Notes: a model not told the origin generated them from the sequence alone. A stretch of DNA of 64,000 bases from Patescibacteria group bacterium (GCA_041662665.1 JBAZSC010000003.1:143115-207114); one strand, 5' to 3'; positions 18,902-28,509 are shown, counted from the first letter of the stretch. Program-made: numbers and translations.

Positions 18902-19036
18902 ATGAAAACAAAAAAGAGCAAAACAATTCAAATCGTTCTTCTTGTTTTGATTATTATCGGAATTATTTTGTTGTGTACTCAAAAATTTTGGGTAGACAAT
19001 TTGGTTGATTTTATTATGCAATATGAAAAAATCTAA
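18902..19036 (+). CDS. Small (44 aa) single-TM protein absent from the ORF track
   Basis: MKTKKSKTIQIVLLVLIIIGIILLCTQKFWVDNLVDFIMQYEKI; TAATG overlap with next gene. Confidence 0.65.
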   Translation: MKTKKSKTIQIVLLVLIIIGIILLCTQKFWVDNLVDFIMQYEKI

Positions 19037-19290
19037 TGTATTATCTTTATATTTTAGAATGTGCTGACAAGACTTTGTACACTGGGATTGCAACAGATCT
19101 GAAGCGGAGATTGCTTGAACATAATAGTTCTAAGTTAGGGGCGAAATATACGTGTGCAAGGAGGCCCGTTAAGTTAGTTTATTCAAAAAAATTTAAAACT
19201 AGATCAAAGGCTTGTATTGAAGAGGCGAGGATTAAAAAGCTAAAAAAAATTGAAAAAATGGAATTGATTCATAGGGGTTCAATATATTGA
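19036..19290 (+). CDS. GIY-YIG nuclease family protein (UPF0213)
   Basis: YYLYILECAD..LYTGI, RRLLEHN, GAKYT, EARIKKL. Confidence 0.92.
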   Translation: MYYLYILECADKTLYTGIATDLKRRLLEHNSSKLGAKYTCARRPVKLVYSKKFKTRSKACIEEARIKKLKKIEKMELIHRGSIY

Positions 19291-19298
19291 GCCCCTAC
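19271..19298 (-). repeat. GTAG-type REP-like palindrome
   Basis: Minus strand GTAGGGGCTCAATATATTGAACCCCTAT; contains the GIY-YIG stop codon. Confidence 0.7.
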
Positions 19299-19308
19299 TG
19301 TTTTTATA

Positions 19309-19336
19309 TTGAAATATTGAAGATTTGCGCTATAAT
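19309..19336 (+). promoter_or_regulatory. Probable tRNA promoter
   Basis: TTGAAA-16-TATAAT upstream of tRNA-Gln. Confidence 0.55.
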
Positions 19337-19344
19337 AGGGTTGT

Positions 19345-19379
19345 TCCGCCTTCGTCTCCTTTCGGGAGACTCCGGCGGA
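19345..19379 (+). repeat. Palindromic element A copy 5, in the tRNA leader
   Basis: TCCGCC TTC GTCTCC TTTC GGGAGAC TCC GGCGGA. Confidence 0.85.
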
Positions 19380-19385
19380 TTGCGA

Positions 19386-19456
19386 TCCGGGATCGTCTAA
19401 TGGTAGGACAACAGGTTCTGGACCTGTTTATCTTGGTTCGAATCCAGGTCCCGGAG
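19386..19456 (+). tRNA. tRNA-Gln (anticodon CTG), CCA not encoded
   Basis: Acceptor TCCGGGA/TCCCGGA, D-loop TAATGGTA, anticodon arm ACAGG-TTCTGGA-CCTGT, T-loop GGTTCGAATCC. Confidence 0.95.
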
Positions 19457-19475
19457 AAAAATATAATATTATATT

Positions 19476-20858
19476 ATGTTGAAACATCATTTTTTTACGC
19501 CAGAATACATGAATGTTTTTGATTTGGATCAGATCTACATGACGAGCTCAATGTGGTATGACACAAAAATGAAAGATACTTGGGCGACTTTTGATTTGAT
19601 TGTTAGAGATATGCCGAAGAATCGTAATTTTTTGATTTTTGCTGGTTTGGAGGAGATGGCAACTCATTTACAAAATTGGAAATACACAAATGAACAAATT
19701 GCGATGCTTAAAAAAATGGAATTAATTTCTGATACGTTTGCTAAATTTTTGAAAACGGTCAAGTTTGAAGGTGATGTTTATGCAATGCCAGAAGGAAGTA
19801 TTTTTTTTAATAATGAGCCAATAGTTAGAATTACCGCTCCTCTGATTCAAGGAAATTTATTGACGGCTTTTATGATGACTTGCTTGAGTTCTAATACTAT
19901 TTATTCTTCGAAATTTGTAAGATCAGTAATCGCTGCCAAAGATAAAAATGTAATCGGTCCAAGTCCAGTTAGAGCCCATGGATTTGAATCTGCTTTTAAA
20001 GCGCAAAGGAGTGCTTATATTGTTGGTAGTAAGCAAGTACCTTCTCCAGTTGTCCGAAACTTTTTAAACATTCCGATGGGCGATAATGCAACAATTGCTT
20101 ATCATGCTTTTGTCAATTCTTATGAATCTGAACAAGAAGCGATGCAAGTTGCCGCAGATCATGCTAAAGTTGATCTTTCTTTGATGGTTGATACTTATGA
20201 TTATGATAAAGGAATAAAAAATGCAATTGTAATTGGAAAACAGTATGAAAAAATGGGCAAGAGTTTGAAAATTGTTGTAGATAGTGGTGATCTGTATGAA
20301 AACGTAGTGAAGGTTAAGAGAAAGATTGATGAGGCAGGCTTAAAAAATATAAGAATTGTTGTTGCGAGCAATCTAGATGAATACAAAATTACTGACTTGA
20401 TGAAAAAGAAAATTCCAGCGAATACTTTTATTGTTTGTACAGAAGCTTTGACTTCTTCAGATGATCCTAAATTAGAAGTTGTTTATAAAATATCTGAAAT
20501 AATAGAAAAAGATGGTAGGATAATTAATAAAATGAAATTATCGCCAGGCAAAATGAGTTTTCCAGGAAGAAAACAAGTTTATCGTAAATTTAAAAATAGT
20601 CATTTTGAAAAAGATATTATTGGATTAGAAGGCGAAAAAGGATTAGGTGAGCCATTATTAAGACCAATATTTAAAAAGGGAAAATTGGTTTATAATTTGC
20701 CAAGTGTTATAAAGATTAGAGATTATGTTTCCGAACAATTAAAGCAAATGCCAGAGAAATATTTAGAAATAGAAAAAACTTATAAATATCCAGTTGAAAT
20801 TAGTGAAAAATTGCAGAAATTAATTATTGAAACAAAAAAGGAAATACAAGCGAAATAA
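19476..20858 (+). CDS. pncB: Nicotinate phosphoribosyltransferase-like protein, divergent
   Basis: ATFDLIVR.MP, AMPEG, EPIVRITAP, RAHG, LMVDTYD, DSGDL, SNLDE, VYKI, PGRKQVYR. Confidence 0.8.
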   Translation: MLKHHFFTPEYMNVFDLDQIYMTSSMWYDTKMKDTWATFDLIVRDMPKNRNFLIFAGLEEMATHLQNWKYTNEQIAMLKKMELISDTFAKFLKTVKFEGDVYAMPEGSIFFNNEPIVRITAPLIQGNLLTAFMMTCLSSNTIYSSKFVRSVIAAKDKNVIGPSPVRAHGFESAFKAQRSAYIVGSKQVPSPVVRNFLNIPMGDNATIAYHAFVNSYESEQEAMQVAADHAKVDLSLMVDTYDYDKGIKNAIVIGKQYEKMGKSLKIVVDSGDLYENVVKVKRKIDEAGLKNIRIVVASNLDEYKITDLMKKKIPANTFIVCTEALTSSDDPKLEVVYKISEIIEKDGRIINKMKLSPGKMSFPGRKQVYRKFKNSHFEKDIIGLEGEKGLGEPLLRPIFKKGKLVYNLPSVIKIRDYVSEQLKQMPEKYLEIEKTYKYPVEISEKLQKLIIETKKEIQAK

Positions 20859-20871
20859 AATTTAAGGAGGG

Positions 20872-20899
20872 GTAGGGGTTCAGAATTCTGAACCTTTAT
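20872..20899 (+). repeat. GTAG-type REP-like palindrome
   Basis: GTAGGGGTTCAGAATTCTGAACCTTTAT. Confidence 0.7.
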
Positions 20900-20920
20900 T
20901 TTTGTTTTCATTCTTTTTGA

Positions 20921-20985
20921 TTGACAGAAAAATATATTTATGTAATGCTATTTAATCGTTCTTTGCCAACAAGGAGGGAAGGGAA
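20921..20985 (+). promoter_or_regulatory. Promoter, boxA-like motif and SD of orphan cassette 3
   Basis: TTGACA at 20921; GTTCTTTGCCAAC at 20958; AAGGAGGGAAGGG. Confidence 0.55.
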
Positions 20986-22266
20986 GTGGAACAAAGAGAC
21001 AGAGATCTTGTTAAAGCGATGGTCAATGCTTATTTGGATAAGATGAGGGCCGGGTCGGATCCAGCGTGGACTGGCAGAAAGGAAAAGAATGCTTTGCATG
21101 ATGCTTTGTATATTGATGGTGTTCCGATTGTCTATGATGAAAAAAATTCTGCTCAATCATTGTTTAGCCAACTTGTTAGATTCAAAAAGGATAGTTTTGA
21201 TTGTTATCCTCGCGATATGGTTTACCATTTTTTGTACATGTTGGAATATCTGCAGATTTTGGAAGAGGATGGAATTAATGGATTGAATAAGAGGATTGCG
21301 ATTCTTGTTGATCAGTTGAGGACAATGAATCGTGATGATTATGATGGTATTCGTCATATTTGTAGACTTTTGGATAATTTGTTACAGACTGTGATTTATT
21401 TTTGTCCGCATCTGGTCTTTGGAGTGGAGTTGAAATTGAAGTCAGGCAGTGTCATGGATGATGAAGCTTTTGGTAATCTTTATGGCTATGAACATAATCG
21501 ATGGCCATATGAGAAAATGATGGAAATGCAAGGATTTAATCCTAATGATTCTCGAAGATTGCGAATGGTTGTTAATTTGCCATATAGTTTTACGACAGGT
21601 ACTCATGGTTCTGGCGAAAGAGCTGCTGTTGGATCATCGCGAGTACCGATTTGTTTTGGTACTTTGATGTATCGAGAAAGAATTCAGAAAAATGGTTCAG
21701 TACCTTGCGTCAAGATTTCAGTGAAACGACCTTTGTTGTCTGAGGATTATACGGCATTTGCAATTGACGAAGTAGAAAGTGTTCGACTTGTTCCAGAATG
21801 TGATTATATTCCATATTATTCTGATTTTGCTGATCATCCAGAAAAAGAAAAGCTGATTTCAAGAATGAAGCCAGAAGATTATTATCTGATTTTCAGAGAT
21901 TTTAGTAATTACGTTAATTTCAGGAGAGATAATGTTCCTAGTTCTTATGATCTATTGGAGCGAGCGGCATTTTTGGCAGGTTTCTGCGAGCCAAGCTATT
22001 TTTGTCGATTAACTGAATTAGATTATGATAGAAAATCTTTTCAACTCGGTTTCATTTGGGAAGTAGATATTCCAAGCCATAAGCCTCAAGTCTATGAATT
22101 TTGGGATATTGAAAAGCCTGATGACGATACTCATGTGGCATTGGGCATGGTCTATGTTGCAATCAAATCACTTGATCAAGAAGTTATGAAGAAGGTGTGT
22201 GTTCACGAAGGCATTGATATTATTCGAAGATTAATGCAAATTCCTGTTCATGATCGACATTTCTAG
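20986..22266 (+). CDS. Orphan 426-aa cytoplasmic protein (cassette 3)
   Basis: GTG start after strong SD; long ORF; no family recognised; hairpin AGACACA-tta-TGTGTCT plus T-run at 22274-22296. Confidence 0.8.
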   Translation: MEQRDRDLVKAMVNAYLDKMRAGSDPAWTGRKEKNALHDALYIDGVPIVYDEKNSAQSLFSQLVRFKKDSFDCYPRDMVYHFLYMLEYLQILEEDGINGLNKRIAILVDQLRTMNRDDYDGIRHICRLLDNLLQTVIYFCPHLVFGVELKLKSGSVMDDEAFGNLYGYEHNRWPYEKMMEMQGFNPNDSRRLRMVVNLPYSFTTGTHGSGERAAVGSSRVPICFGTLMYRERIQKNGSVPCVKISVKRPLLSEDYTAFAIDEVESVRLVPECDYIPYYSDFADHPEKEKLISRMKPEDYYLIFRDFSNYVNFRRDNVPSSYDLLERAAFLAGFCEPSYFCRLTELDYDRKSFQLGFIWEVDIPSHKPQVYEFWDIEKPDDDTHVALGMVYVAIKSLDQEVMKKVCVHEGIDIIRRLMQIPVHDRHF

Positions 22267-22341
22267 TACTTTTAGACACATTATGTGTCTTTTTTTATTC
22301 TCAGTTGATTTTCAGCTTTATTTGGTATAAAATATATTGCT

Positions 22342-23016
22342 ATGAGAATATTAGTTATTGAAGACGATCGCAAGATCGCTAATGCCATAAAAAAGGGTTT
22401 AGAGCAAGAATCATATGCAGTTGATGCTGTTTTTGATACAAAAGATGATAAATTGGGTCTGGCATTGCTAATCAATTATGATTTGATAATTTTGGATCGA
22501 ATGTTGCCTGGTATTTCTGATGGCTTGAATATTTGTCGAAAATTAAGAAAAGAAGGCAAAAAAATGCCGATTTTAATTTTGACTGCAAAAGATAAAATTA
22601 ATGAAAGAGTGGAAGGACTAGATGCTGGTGCAGATGATTATTTAATTAAGCCTTTTGCTTTTGAAGAATTATTAGCAAGAGTGAAAGCATTATTAAGACG
22701 TCCAAATCAAAGCTTGAATCAAATTCTAAGAGCAGGTGATTTGTCATTAGACTTACAAAATTTTAAAGTAATGCGAAAAAATATCGAAATAAAATTGTCG
22801 AGTACTGAATTTAAATTATTAGAATATCTAATTAGAAATAAAGGCAGAATTTTGACGAAAGATAATATAATGGAACATGTGTGGGATTATGATGCTGAGA
22901 TTTTGCCAAATACGGTAGAAGTATTTATTGGTTATTTGCGCAATAAAATTGATAAACCGTTTTCATCTTTAAGTCATCTTCAGACAATTCGAGGTTTCGG
23001 ATATAAAATTGAGTAA
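22342..23016 (+). CDS. OmpR-family response regulator
   Basis: ILVIEDD, LDRMLP, GADDYLIKPF, winged-helix TIRGFGY. Confidence 0.95.
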   Translation: MRILVIEDDRKIANAIKKGLEQESYAVDAVFDTKDDKLGLALLINYDLIILDRMLPGISDGLNICRKLRKEGKKMPILILTAKDKINERVEGLDAGADDYLIKPFAFEELLARVKALLRRPNQSLNQILRAGDLSLDLQNFKVMRKNIEIKLSSTEFKLLEYLIRNKGRILTKDNIMEHVWDYDAEILPNTVEVFIGYLRNKIDKPFSSLSHLQTIRGFGYKIE

Positions 23017-23086
23017 CTTAAAAATTTTAATATTGAGATATTCGGATATTACGGATATTAGAAATTAGAAATTAGAAATTTTCGTC

Positions 23087-24097
23087 ATGACATTTAAATC
23101 TGCTTATCTAAAATTAACGGCATTTTATGTTCTGATTGTAATGATAATCAGTATTTTTTTTAGTGTTGTTTTATATCGGATTTCTTCAAATGAATTGAAT
23201 GAGAGATTGAGACAGCAAATGCAAAACTTTCAAGAATTGCAGTTTTTTGAAGGAAGTATGAATTATATTAATAGTTTTGAATTAATGAGATTGCAGCAGT
23301 TAGCACAAGCAAATCATAATTTAAAATTCTTTTTAATTTATTTTAATTTTTTTATTCTGGCTGTATCTTTTGGTTTGGGATATTTTTTAGCCCAAAGAAC
23401 ATTAAAACCAATCAAACAAATGATGGAATCGCAGAATAGATTTACAGCTGATGCATCTCATGAATTAAGGACTCCTTTAACTGCGATGAAATCTGAAATT
23501 GAAGTTAATTTGCGAGATAATAATTTGAGTTTAGAAAATGCTAAAAAATTATTAAGAAGTAATTTAGAAGAAGTGGAAAAGTTGGAAAATTTATCTAGGT
23601 CATTATTAAAATTGGCAAATTATGAAAGTAATAAAAATTTAATAATTACAAATGTGGCTTTAGAAGATATTATTGCAGAAAGTTATTTACGTGTAGAAAA
23701 ATTGGCAAAAGAAAAGCAGATTACTTTTGAAAATGATTTGAAAAATATAAAAGTTAATGGCAATAGAGATTCTTTGATTCAACTTTTTAAAATTTTATTA
23801 GATAATGCAATTAAATATAGCAAACCAAATTCTAAAATATTTATTTTGATGGATAAAGTAAAAAATGATGCAATTATAAAAGTTCGTGATCAAGGAATGG
23901 GTATTAAGGAAGAAGAATTGAAGCATATTTTTGATCGATTTTATCGAACAGATTTGTCGCGATCAAAAGAAAAAAATAATGGCTATGGATTAGGATTATC
24001 AATTGCGATGCAGATTGTAAAATTACATAATGGAAAAATTAGCGTGGAAAGTCAGATCGAACAAGGATCCGAATTTACTGTTATCTTACCAATCTAA
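23087..24097 (+). CDS. Sensor histidine kinase
   Basis: DASHELRTPL, LLDNAIKYS, DQGMGI, GYGLGL. Confidence 0.95.
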   Translation: MTFKSAYLKLTAFYVLIVMIISIFFSVVLYRISSNELNERLRQQMQNFQELQFFEGSMNYINSFELMRLQQLAQANHNLKFFLIYFNFFILAVSFGLGYFLAQRTLKPIKQMMESQNRFTADASHELRTPLTAMKSEIEVNLRDNNLSLENAKKLLRSNLEEVEKLENLSRSLLKLANYESNKNLIITNVALEDIIAESYLRVEKLAKEKQITFENDLKNIKVNGNRDSLIQLFKILLDNAIKYSKPNSKIFILMDKVKNDAIIKVRDQGMGIKEEELKHIFDRFYRTDLSRSKEKNNGYGLGLSIAMQIVKLHNGKISVESQIEQGSEFTVILPI

Positions 24098-24192
24098 GCT
24101 ATTTTTCAGGAAAATATAATACGAATATATGAATGAATGCAAATGATACGAATTACGAATACAAGAAAAATATTAATTGATTGAAATATTTT

Positions 24193-25980
24193 ATGCAAAA
24201 GATTATTGAATTTTTAAAGAAACGAAAAATGATTGTAGGAGTGGCAATTGTTGTTTTAGCAATCGCAGGTTATTTCAGCATTAAAGCTATAAAAGGCAAT
24301 GCTGCTGGTGTGACAAAATATGTTGTAGCAAAAGTAGAAAAAGGCACTCTAATCACTTCAGTAACTGGTAGCGGTCAAGTTTCTGCTTCTGATCAAGTTG
24401 ATATTAAACCGACATCAGCTAGTGAAGTAACAAGCGTTTCAGTTAAAAAAGGCCAGGAAGTTAAAACTGGCGATTTCTTAGTCCAATTAGATTCTCAAGA
24501 TTCTGCATCTGCAGTTGCTGATGCTGAAGTAAATTTGGAAAATGCAAAATTGGAATTAGAAAAAGCAAATCAACCTTCTGATGAATTATCAATTCTACAG
24601 GCAGAAAATTCTTTGGAGCAAGCTAAACAAAATAGAGAAAATGCATCTTCTGATTTAACAAAAAGCTATACAGATGGAATTGGCAGTGCCAATAAAGTAT
24701 TTTTAGATTTGACAGAAGCAATGCAAGCAATGAATCAAAATAATTTGTTGAATTTTAATTATTATTATGATGTTACGAAATCTTATGATAGTGGTAAAGC
24801 ATTATATTACAAAAATACAGCGCAAAATTCTTATCAAACTGCTTTAAAATTATATAATGAAACTTTGAGCGATTTAGGTACGACAAGCAGATCTTCATCA
24901 GCAGAAGAAATGGAAACATTAATTAATAATTCATATTCAGCTAGTGTTAAAATTGCAGAATCATTAAAAAATTATATTAATTTAATACAGTTCTATAAAA
25001 ATATTTTAAGCTCTCATAATGTTTCAATTGATTCAGCTGTTGATAGGCAATTAACGACTTTTTCTTCTGATGTTACAAAAATCAATAATGGCATTTCAGA
25101 ACTTTCTTTAGCAAAACAAAAATTGCAATCTAGTAAAAATGCAATTATAAATGCAGACTCCCAAGTGCTTGAAAAACAAGCAGCTTTAGATAAAGCAAAA
25201 GAGCCTGTTGATGAAATAGAAATTAAGACAAAACAAAATAATATTAAGCAAAGAGAAAATGCTTTAATTGATGCGCAAAAGAAGTTAGCAGATTGCAATG
25301 TAAAAGCGCCATTCGATGGTATTGTTGCGACAATTGATGCAAAAGTTGGTGATTCTGTATCACAAAATGCATCCTTTATAACATTAATTACAAAAGATAG
25401 AATTGCTGATATCTCTTTGAATGAAGTTGATTCAGTAAAAGTGAAGGCAGATCAAAAAGTAACATTAACTTTTGATGCAATTTCTGATTTAACTTTGACT
25501 GGAAAAATAGCTGAAATTGATTCGATTGCAACGACGACTCAAAATGTTGCTAGTTATAATGCAAAGATAGTTTTTGATACACAGGACGAAAGAATTAAGC
25601 CTGGAATGAGTGTTTCTGCTTCAATAATTACAGATTCAAAAGCTGATGTATTATTAGTGCCAGTTTCAGCTGTTAAAAATTCTTTATATGTTGAAATGCC
25701 TGATGAAGACATTGCTCCAAATGCAACATCACAAAATAGCGGAATTATTTTAAAGAAAGAATTAATACAACAGCAAATTACAATTGGGCTTTCTAATGAC
25801 AGCTATTCTGAAATTACAGATGGTTTGAAAGAGGGCGATATAATTATTACTCGAACAATTGCGCCAACAACTACAAAGGCAACGACGACTACTTCAGGAA
25901 ATAGTTTGTTTCAAATGGGTGGAAATCAGAAAAACATGGGTGGAAATAATTTGAGAAGTTCGCAAATGCAAAGAGACTAA
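24193..25980 (+). CDS. Efflux periplasmic adaptor (MacA/HlyD-like) with long coiled coil
   Basis: N-terminal TM helix, VKKGQEVKTGD lipoyl half, KAPFDGIV, PGMSVS, GLKEGD. Confidence 0.88.
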   Translation: MQKIIEFLKKRKMIVGVAIVVLAIAGYFSIKAIKGNAAGVTKYVVAKVEKGTLITSVTGSGQVSASDQVDIKPTSASEVTSVSVKKGQEVKTGDFLVQLDSQDSASAVADAEVNLENAKLELEKANQPSDELSILQAENSLEQAKQNRENASSDLTKSYTDGIGSANKVFLDLTEAMQAMNQNNLLNFNYYYDVTKSYDSGKALYYKNTAQNSYQTALKLYNETLSDLGTTSRSSSAEEMETLINNSYSASVKIAESLKNYINLIQFYKNILSSHNVSIDSAVDRQLTTFSSDVTKINNGISELSLAKQKLQSSKNAIINADSQVLEKQAALDKAKEPVDEIEIKTKQNNIKQRENALIDAQKKLADCNVKAPFDGIVATIDAKVGDSVSQNASFITLITKDRIADISLNEVDSVKVKADQKVTLTFDAISDLTLTGKIAEIDSIATTTQNVASYNAKIVFDTQDERIKPGMSVSASIITDSKADVLLVPVSAVKNSLYVEMPDEDIAPNATSQNSGIILKKELIQQQITIGLSNDSYSEITDGLKEGDIIITRTIAPTTTKATTTTSGNSLFQMGGNQKNMGGNNLRSSQMQRD

Positions 25981-26073
25981 GTTATAAAGTTTTAAAGTTA
26001 TAAAGTTCATAAAGTTGTCTGCTATTTTCCAAATAAAAAAAGGCTGGTTAGGGCCTTGGTTGAGAGTGCTGTT

Positions 26074-26397
26074 CTAAAGTTTTAGAAGTGAATACATCTT
26101 TTGGAGCGTCGATTCATCTTGTATGATTTTTGCAATTTCATATTTTGGTACGGAGATTCCTATCTTTTCCGCTGCAAGTTCATTGAGTAGCACAGTGGAT
26201 GTTTTGTCATAATAGAGATGTACCCAATCTCCGTATGTGGTTGTTGGTTCTACAAAATCGTCAATTTTTACGAGAGCGAGAATTCGTTGTTCCTTGCTGA
26301 AAGATGATGAATTGTGAATTTCTACCCATTCAGCGAGAGAAAGATTAAGCCTTCTTAATTCATCAGCAGACAATTTCTGAAGTTCTGTCATTTCCAT
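26074..26397 (-). CDS. Orphan helical-repeat protein (cassette 4), antisense inside the efflux operon
   Basis: SD AAGGAGGAGG; TTGCAC-17-TATATT upstream; two internal W-containing repeats. Confidence 0.7.
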   Translation of the reverse strand: MEMTELQKLSADELRRLNLSLAEWVEIHNSSSFSKEQRILALVKIDDFVEPTTTYGDWVHLYYDKTSTVLLNELAAEKIGISVPKYEIAKIIQDESTLQKMYSLLKL

Positions 26398-26465
26398 CTC
26401 TTCTTCCTCCTCCTTCTTCTAGTGCAATAGAATGAGATTCTAGACTAAATAATATAACATAATTT

Positions 26466-27158
26466 ATGATAGAGTGCAAGGGTATTACGAAAATTTACAA
26501 GTCTGGCGAGAATGAATTCAAGGCATTAGACAATGTTTCATTCAAAATTAATGATGGAGAATATGTGGCAATTGTTGGCCCTTCTGGTTCTGGGAAATCA
26601 ACTTTGATGCATATTATCGGTGCTTTGGATACGCCAACATCTGGAGAATATCTATTGGATGATAAGGATGTTTCGAAATTATCTGATGATGAATTGGCAG
26701 AAATTAGGAAAAATAAAATTGGTTTTGTTTTTCAATCTTTTAATTTATTGCCAAGAGCTACTGTATTAAAAAATGTAATTTTGTCATTAATTTATTCTGA
26801 TAAAGATGTGGAAAAGAGAGAGGAAAAAGCCAAGCAAGCATTGTTGCAGGCTGGCATGGATGAAAATCATTTTAATCATCTTTCGAATCAACTTTCTGGT
26901 GGACAAATGCAAAGAGTAGCTATTGCAAGAGCTTTAGTTAATAATCCTTCTTTAATTTTAGCTGATGAGCCAACTGGAAATTTGGATACAAAAACTGGAG
27001 AAATAGTTTTGAAAACTTTTGAAGATTTGAATAGAAAAGAACATCATACGATAATTCTAATTACACACGAACATGATGTGGCGAAACATGCGGATAGGGT
27101 TATTCAGATTAAGGATGGAAAAATTATTAAGGATGATAAAAATATAAAAACTTATTAA
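26466..27158 (+). CDS. ABC ATP-binding protein (MacB/LolD-like)
   Basis: [36 protein letters not shown]. Confidence 0.95.
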   Translation: MIECKGITKIYKSGENEFKALDNVSFKINDGEYVAIVGPSGSGKSTLMHIIGALDTPTSGEYLLDDKDVSKLSDDELAEIRKNKIGFVFQSFNLLPRATVLKNVILSLIYSDKDVEKREEKAKQALLQAGMDENHFNHLSNQLSGGQMQRVAIARALVNNPSLILADEPTGNLDTKTGEIVLKTFEDLNRKEHHTIILITHEHDVAKHADRVIQIKDGKIIKDDKNIKTY

Positions 27159-27160
27159 CT

Positions 27161-27216
27161 GTCATTCTGAGGCCGAAGCCGAAGAATCCCATGAATATGC
27201 ATTTAACCAGGATGAC
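27161..27216. repeat. GTCATTCTG...CAGGATGAC palindromic element
   Basis: Terminal inverted repeat with internal GGCCGAAGCCGAAGAATC. Confidence 0.6.
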
Positions 27217-27227
27217 GTGGTATTTTT

Positions 27228-28445
27228 ATGAGAATAGCTGATTTATTTCAAGAAACTTATCAAGCGTTAATTGCTAATAAAGTTAGATCAGGTTTGACTA
27301 TACTAGGCATTGTTATTGGTATTGGCTCGGTAATTGCGATGATTGCGATTGGCCAAGGCTCTCAAAAAATGATTCAGTCGAATATTGAATCATTAGGATC
27401 AAATTTGATTTTGGTAATGCCAGGAATGCAAAGGACAGCTGGAGTTAGCCAAGGTAGAGGCTCTTCACAGACTTTGACGCTTGAAGATGCTGATAGAATA
27501 GTTTCTGAGATAAATAACGTGAAAGGAGTTGCGCCGGAATTATCTTCTAGATATCAGGCAGTTGCTTCAGGTAATAATACAAACACTTCGGTTGTAGGAA
27601 CTGTTGCTTCATATCCAACTATTAGAAATTTAACTATTGATCAAGGATCTTTTATATCAGATCAACAAGTTGCTAGTATGTCAAAAGTGGCAGTAATTGG
27701 TCCAACAACTCGTGATGATTTGTTTGGAGAAAATGCAGATTGCTTAGGAAAGATTGTTAGAATTAATGGTATAAATTTTACAATTATAGGCGTGACGAAA
27801 TCGAAAGGCAGTTCTGGCATGACGAATCAAGATGATATGATTTTTGTGCCTATAAAAACTGCTCAACAATTTTTAGCTGGTAGTAATTTTGTTAGTACTA
27901 TTTCTGTCCAAGCAGAAAACCAAAATTCAATGGCTCAAGTTCAAGAAGAGGCAAGTAGCTTGCTTTTAGAAAGACATAATATCTCTGATCCAACCTTAGC
28001 TGATTTTAGTATTATGAATCAATCTGATATTGTGGCAACTGCTTCTTCGGTAACAAATACATTTACTGTTTTGCTTGGATCTGTAGCTGCGATATCTCTT
28101 GTTGTTGGCGGTATCGGTATTATGAATATGATGTTAACTACTGTAACTGAAAGAACTCGCGAGATTGGTTTGCGAAAAGCAGTTGGCGCAAAAAAAGCAG
28201 ATATTAATTTACAGTTTTTGACTGAATCAATAATGCTGACATTTATCGGCGGAGTTTTGGGAGTTCTATTGGGCTGGTTGATTTCGTTAGCAGTACAAAA
28301 ATTTGGTGGAATTACAACAAATATTTCTTTAACTTCTGTCTTATTAGCCTTTGGTGTTTCAGCTTTGATTGGAATTGTCTTTGGATATTATCCTGCACGA
28401 AGAGCGGCAAGTTTGAATCCAATTGAGGCGTTAAGATACGAATAA
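27228..28445 (+). CDS. MacB/FtsX-family ABC permease
   Basis: RSGLTILGIVIG, VTERTREIGLRKAVGA, PIEALRYE. Confidence 0.95.
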   Translation: MRIADLFQETYQALIANKVRSGLTILGIVIGIGSVIAMIAIGQGSQKMIQSNIESLGSNLILVMPGMQRTAGVSQGRGSSQTLTLEDADRIVSEINNVKGVAPELSSRYQAVASGNNTNTSVVGTVASYPTIRNLTIDQGSFISDQQVASMSKVAVIGPTTRDDLFGENADCLGKIVRINGINFTIIGVTKSKGSSGMTNQDDMIFVPIKTAQQFLAGSNFVSTISVQAENQNSMAQVQEEASSLLLERHNISDPTLADFSIMNQSDIVATASSVTNTFTVLLGSVAAISLVVGGIGIMNMMLTTVTERTREIGLRKAVGAKKADINLQFLTESIMLTFIGGVLGVLLGWLISLAVQKFGGITTNISLTSVLLAFGVSALIGIVFGYYPARRAASLNPIEALRYE

Positions 28446-28467
28446 CTTATTATTAATATTTAACACA

Positions 28468-28502
28468 TCCGCCTTCGTCCTGCGGGACTTCGGCGGACAA
28501 GG
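28468..28502 (+). repeat. Palindromic element A copy 6
   Basis: TCCGCC TTC GTCC TGCG GGAC TTC GGCGGA CAAGG. Confidence 0.9.
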
Positions 28503-28509
28503 AAAAATT

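Noticed and set aside
19325-19522. 65-aa ORF
   Set aside because: It overlaps element A and tRNA-Gln; spurious.
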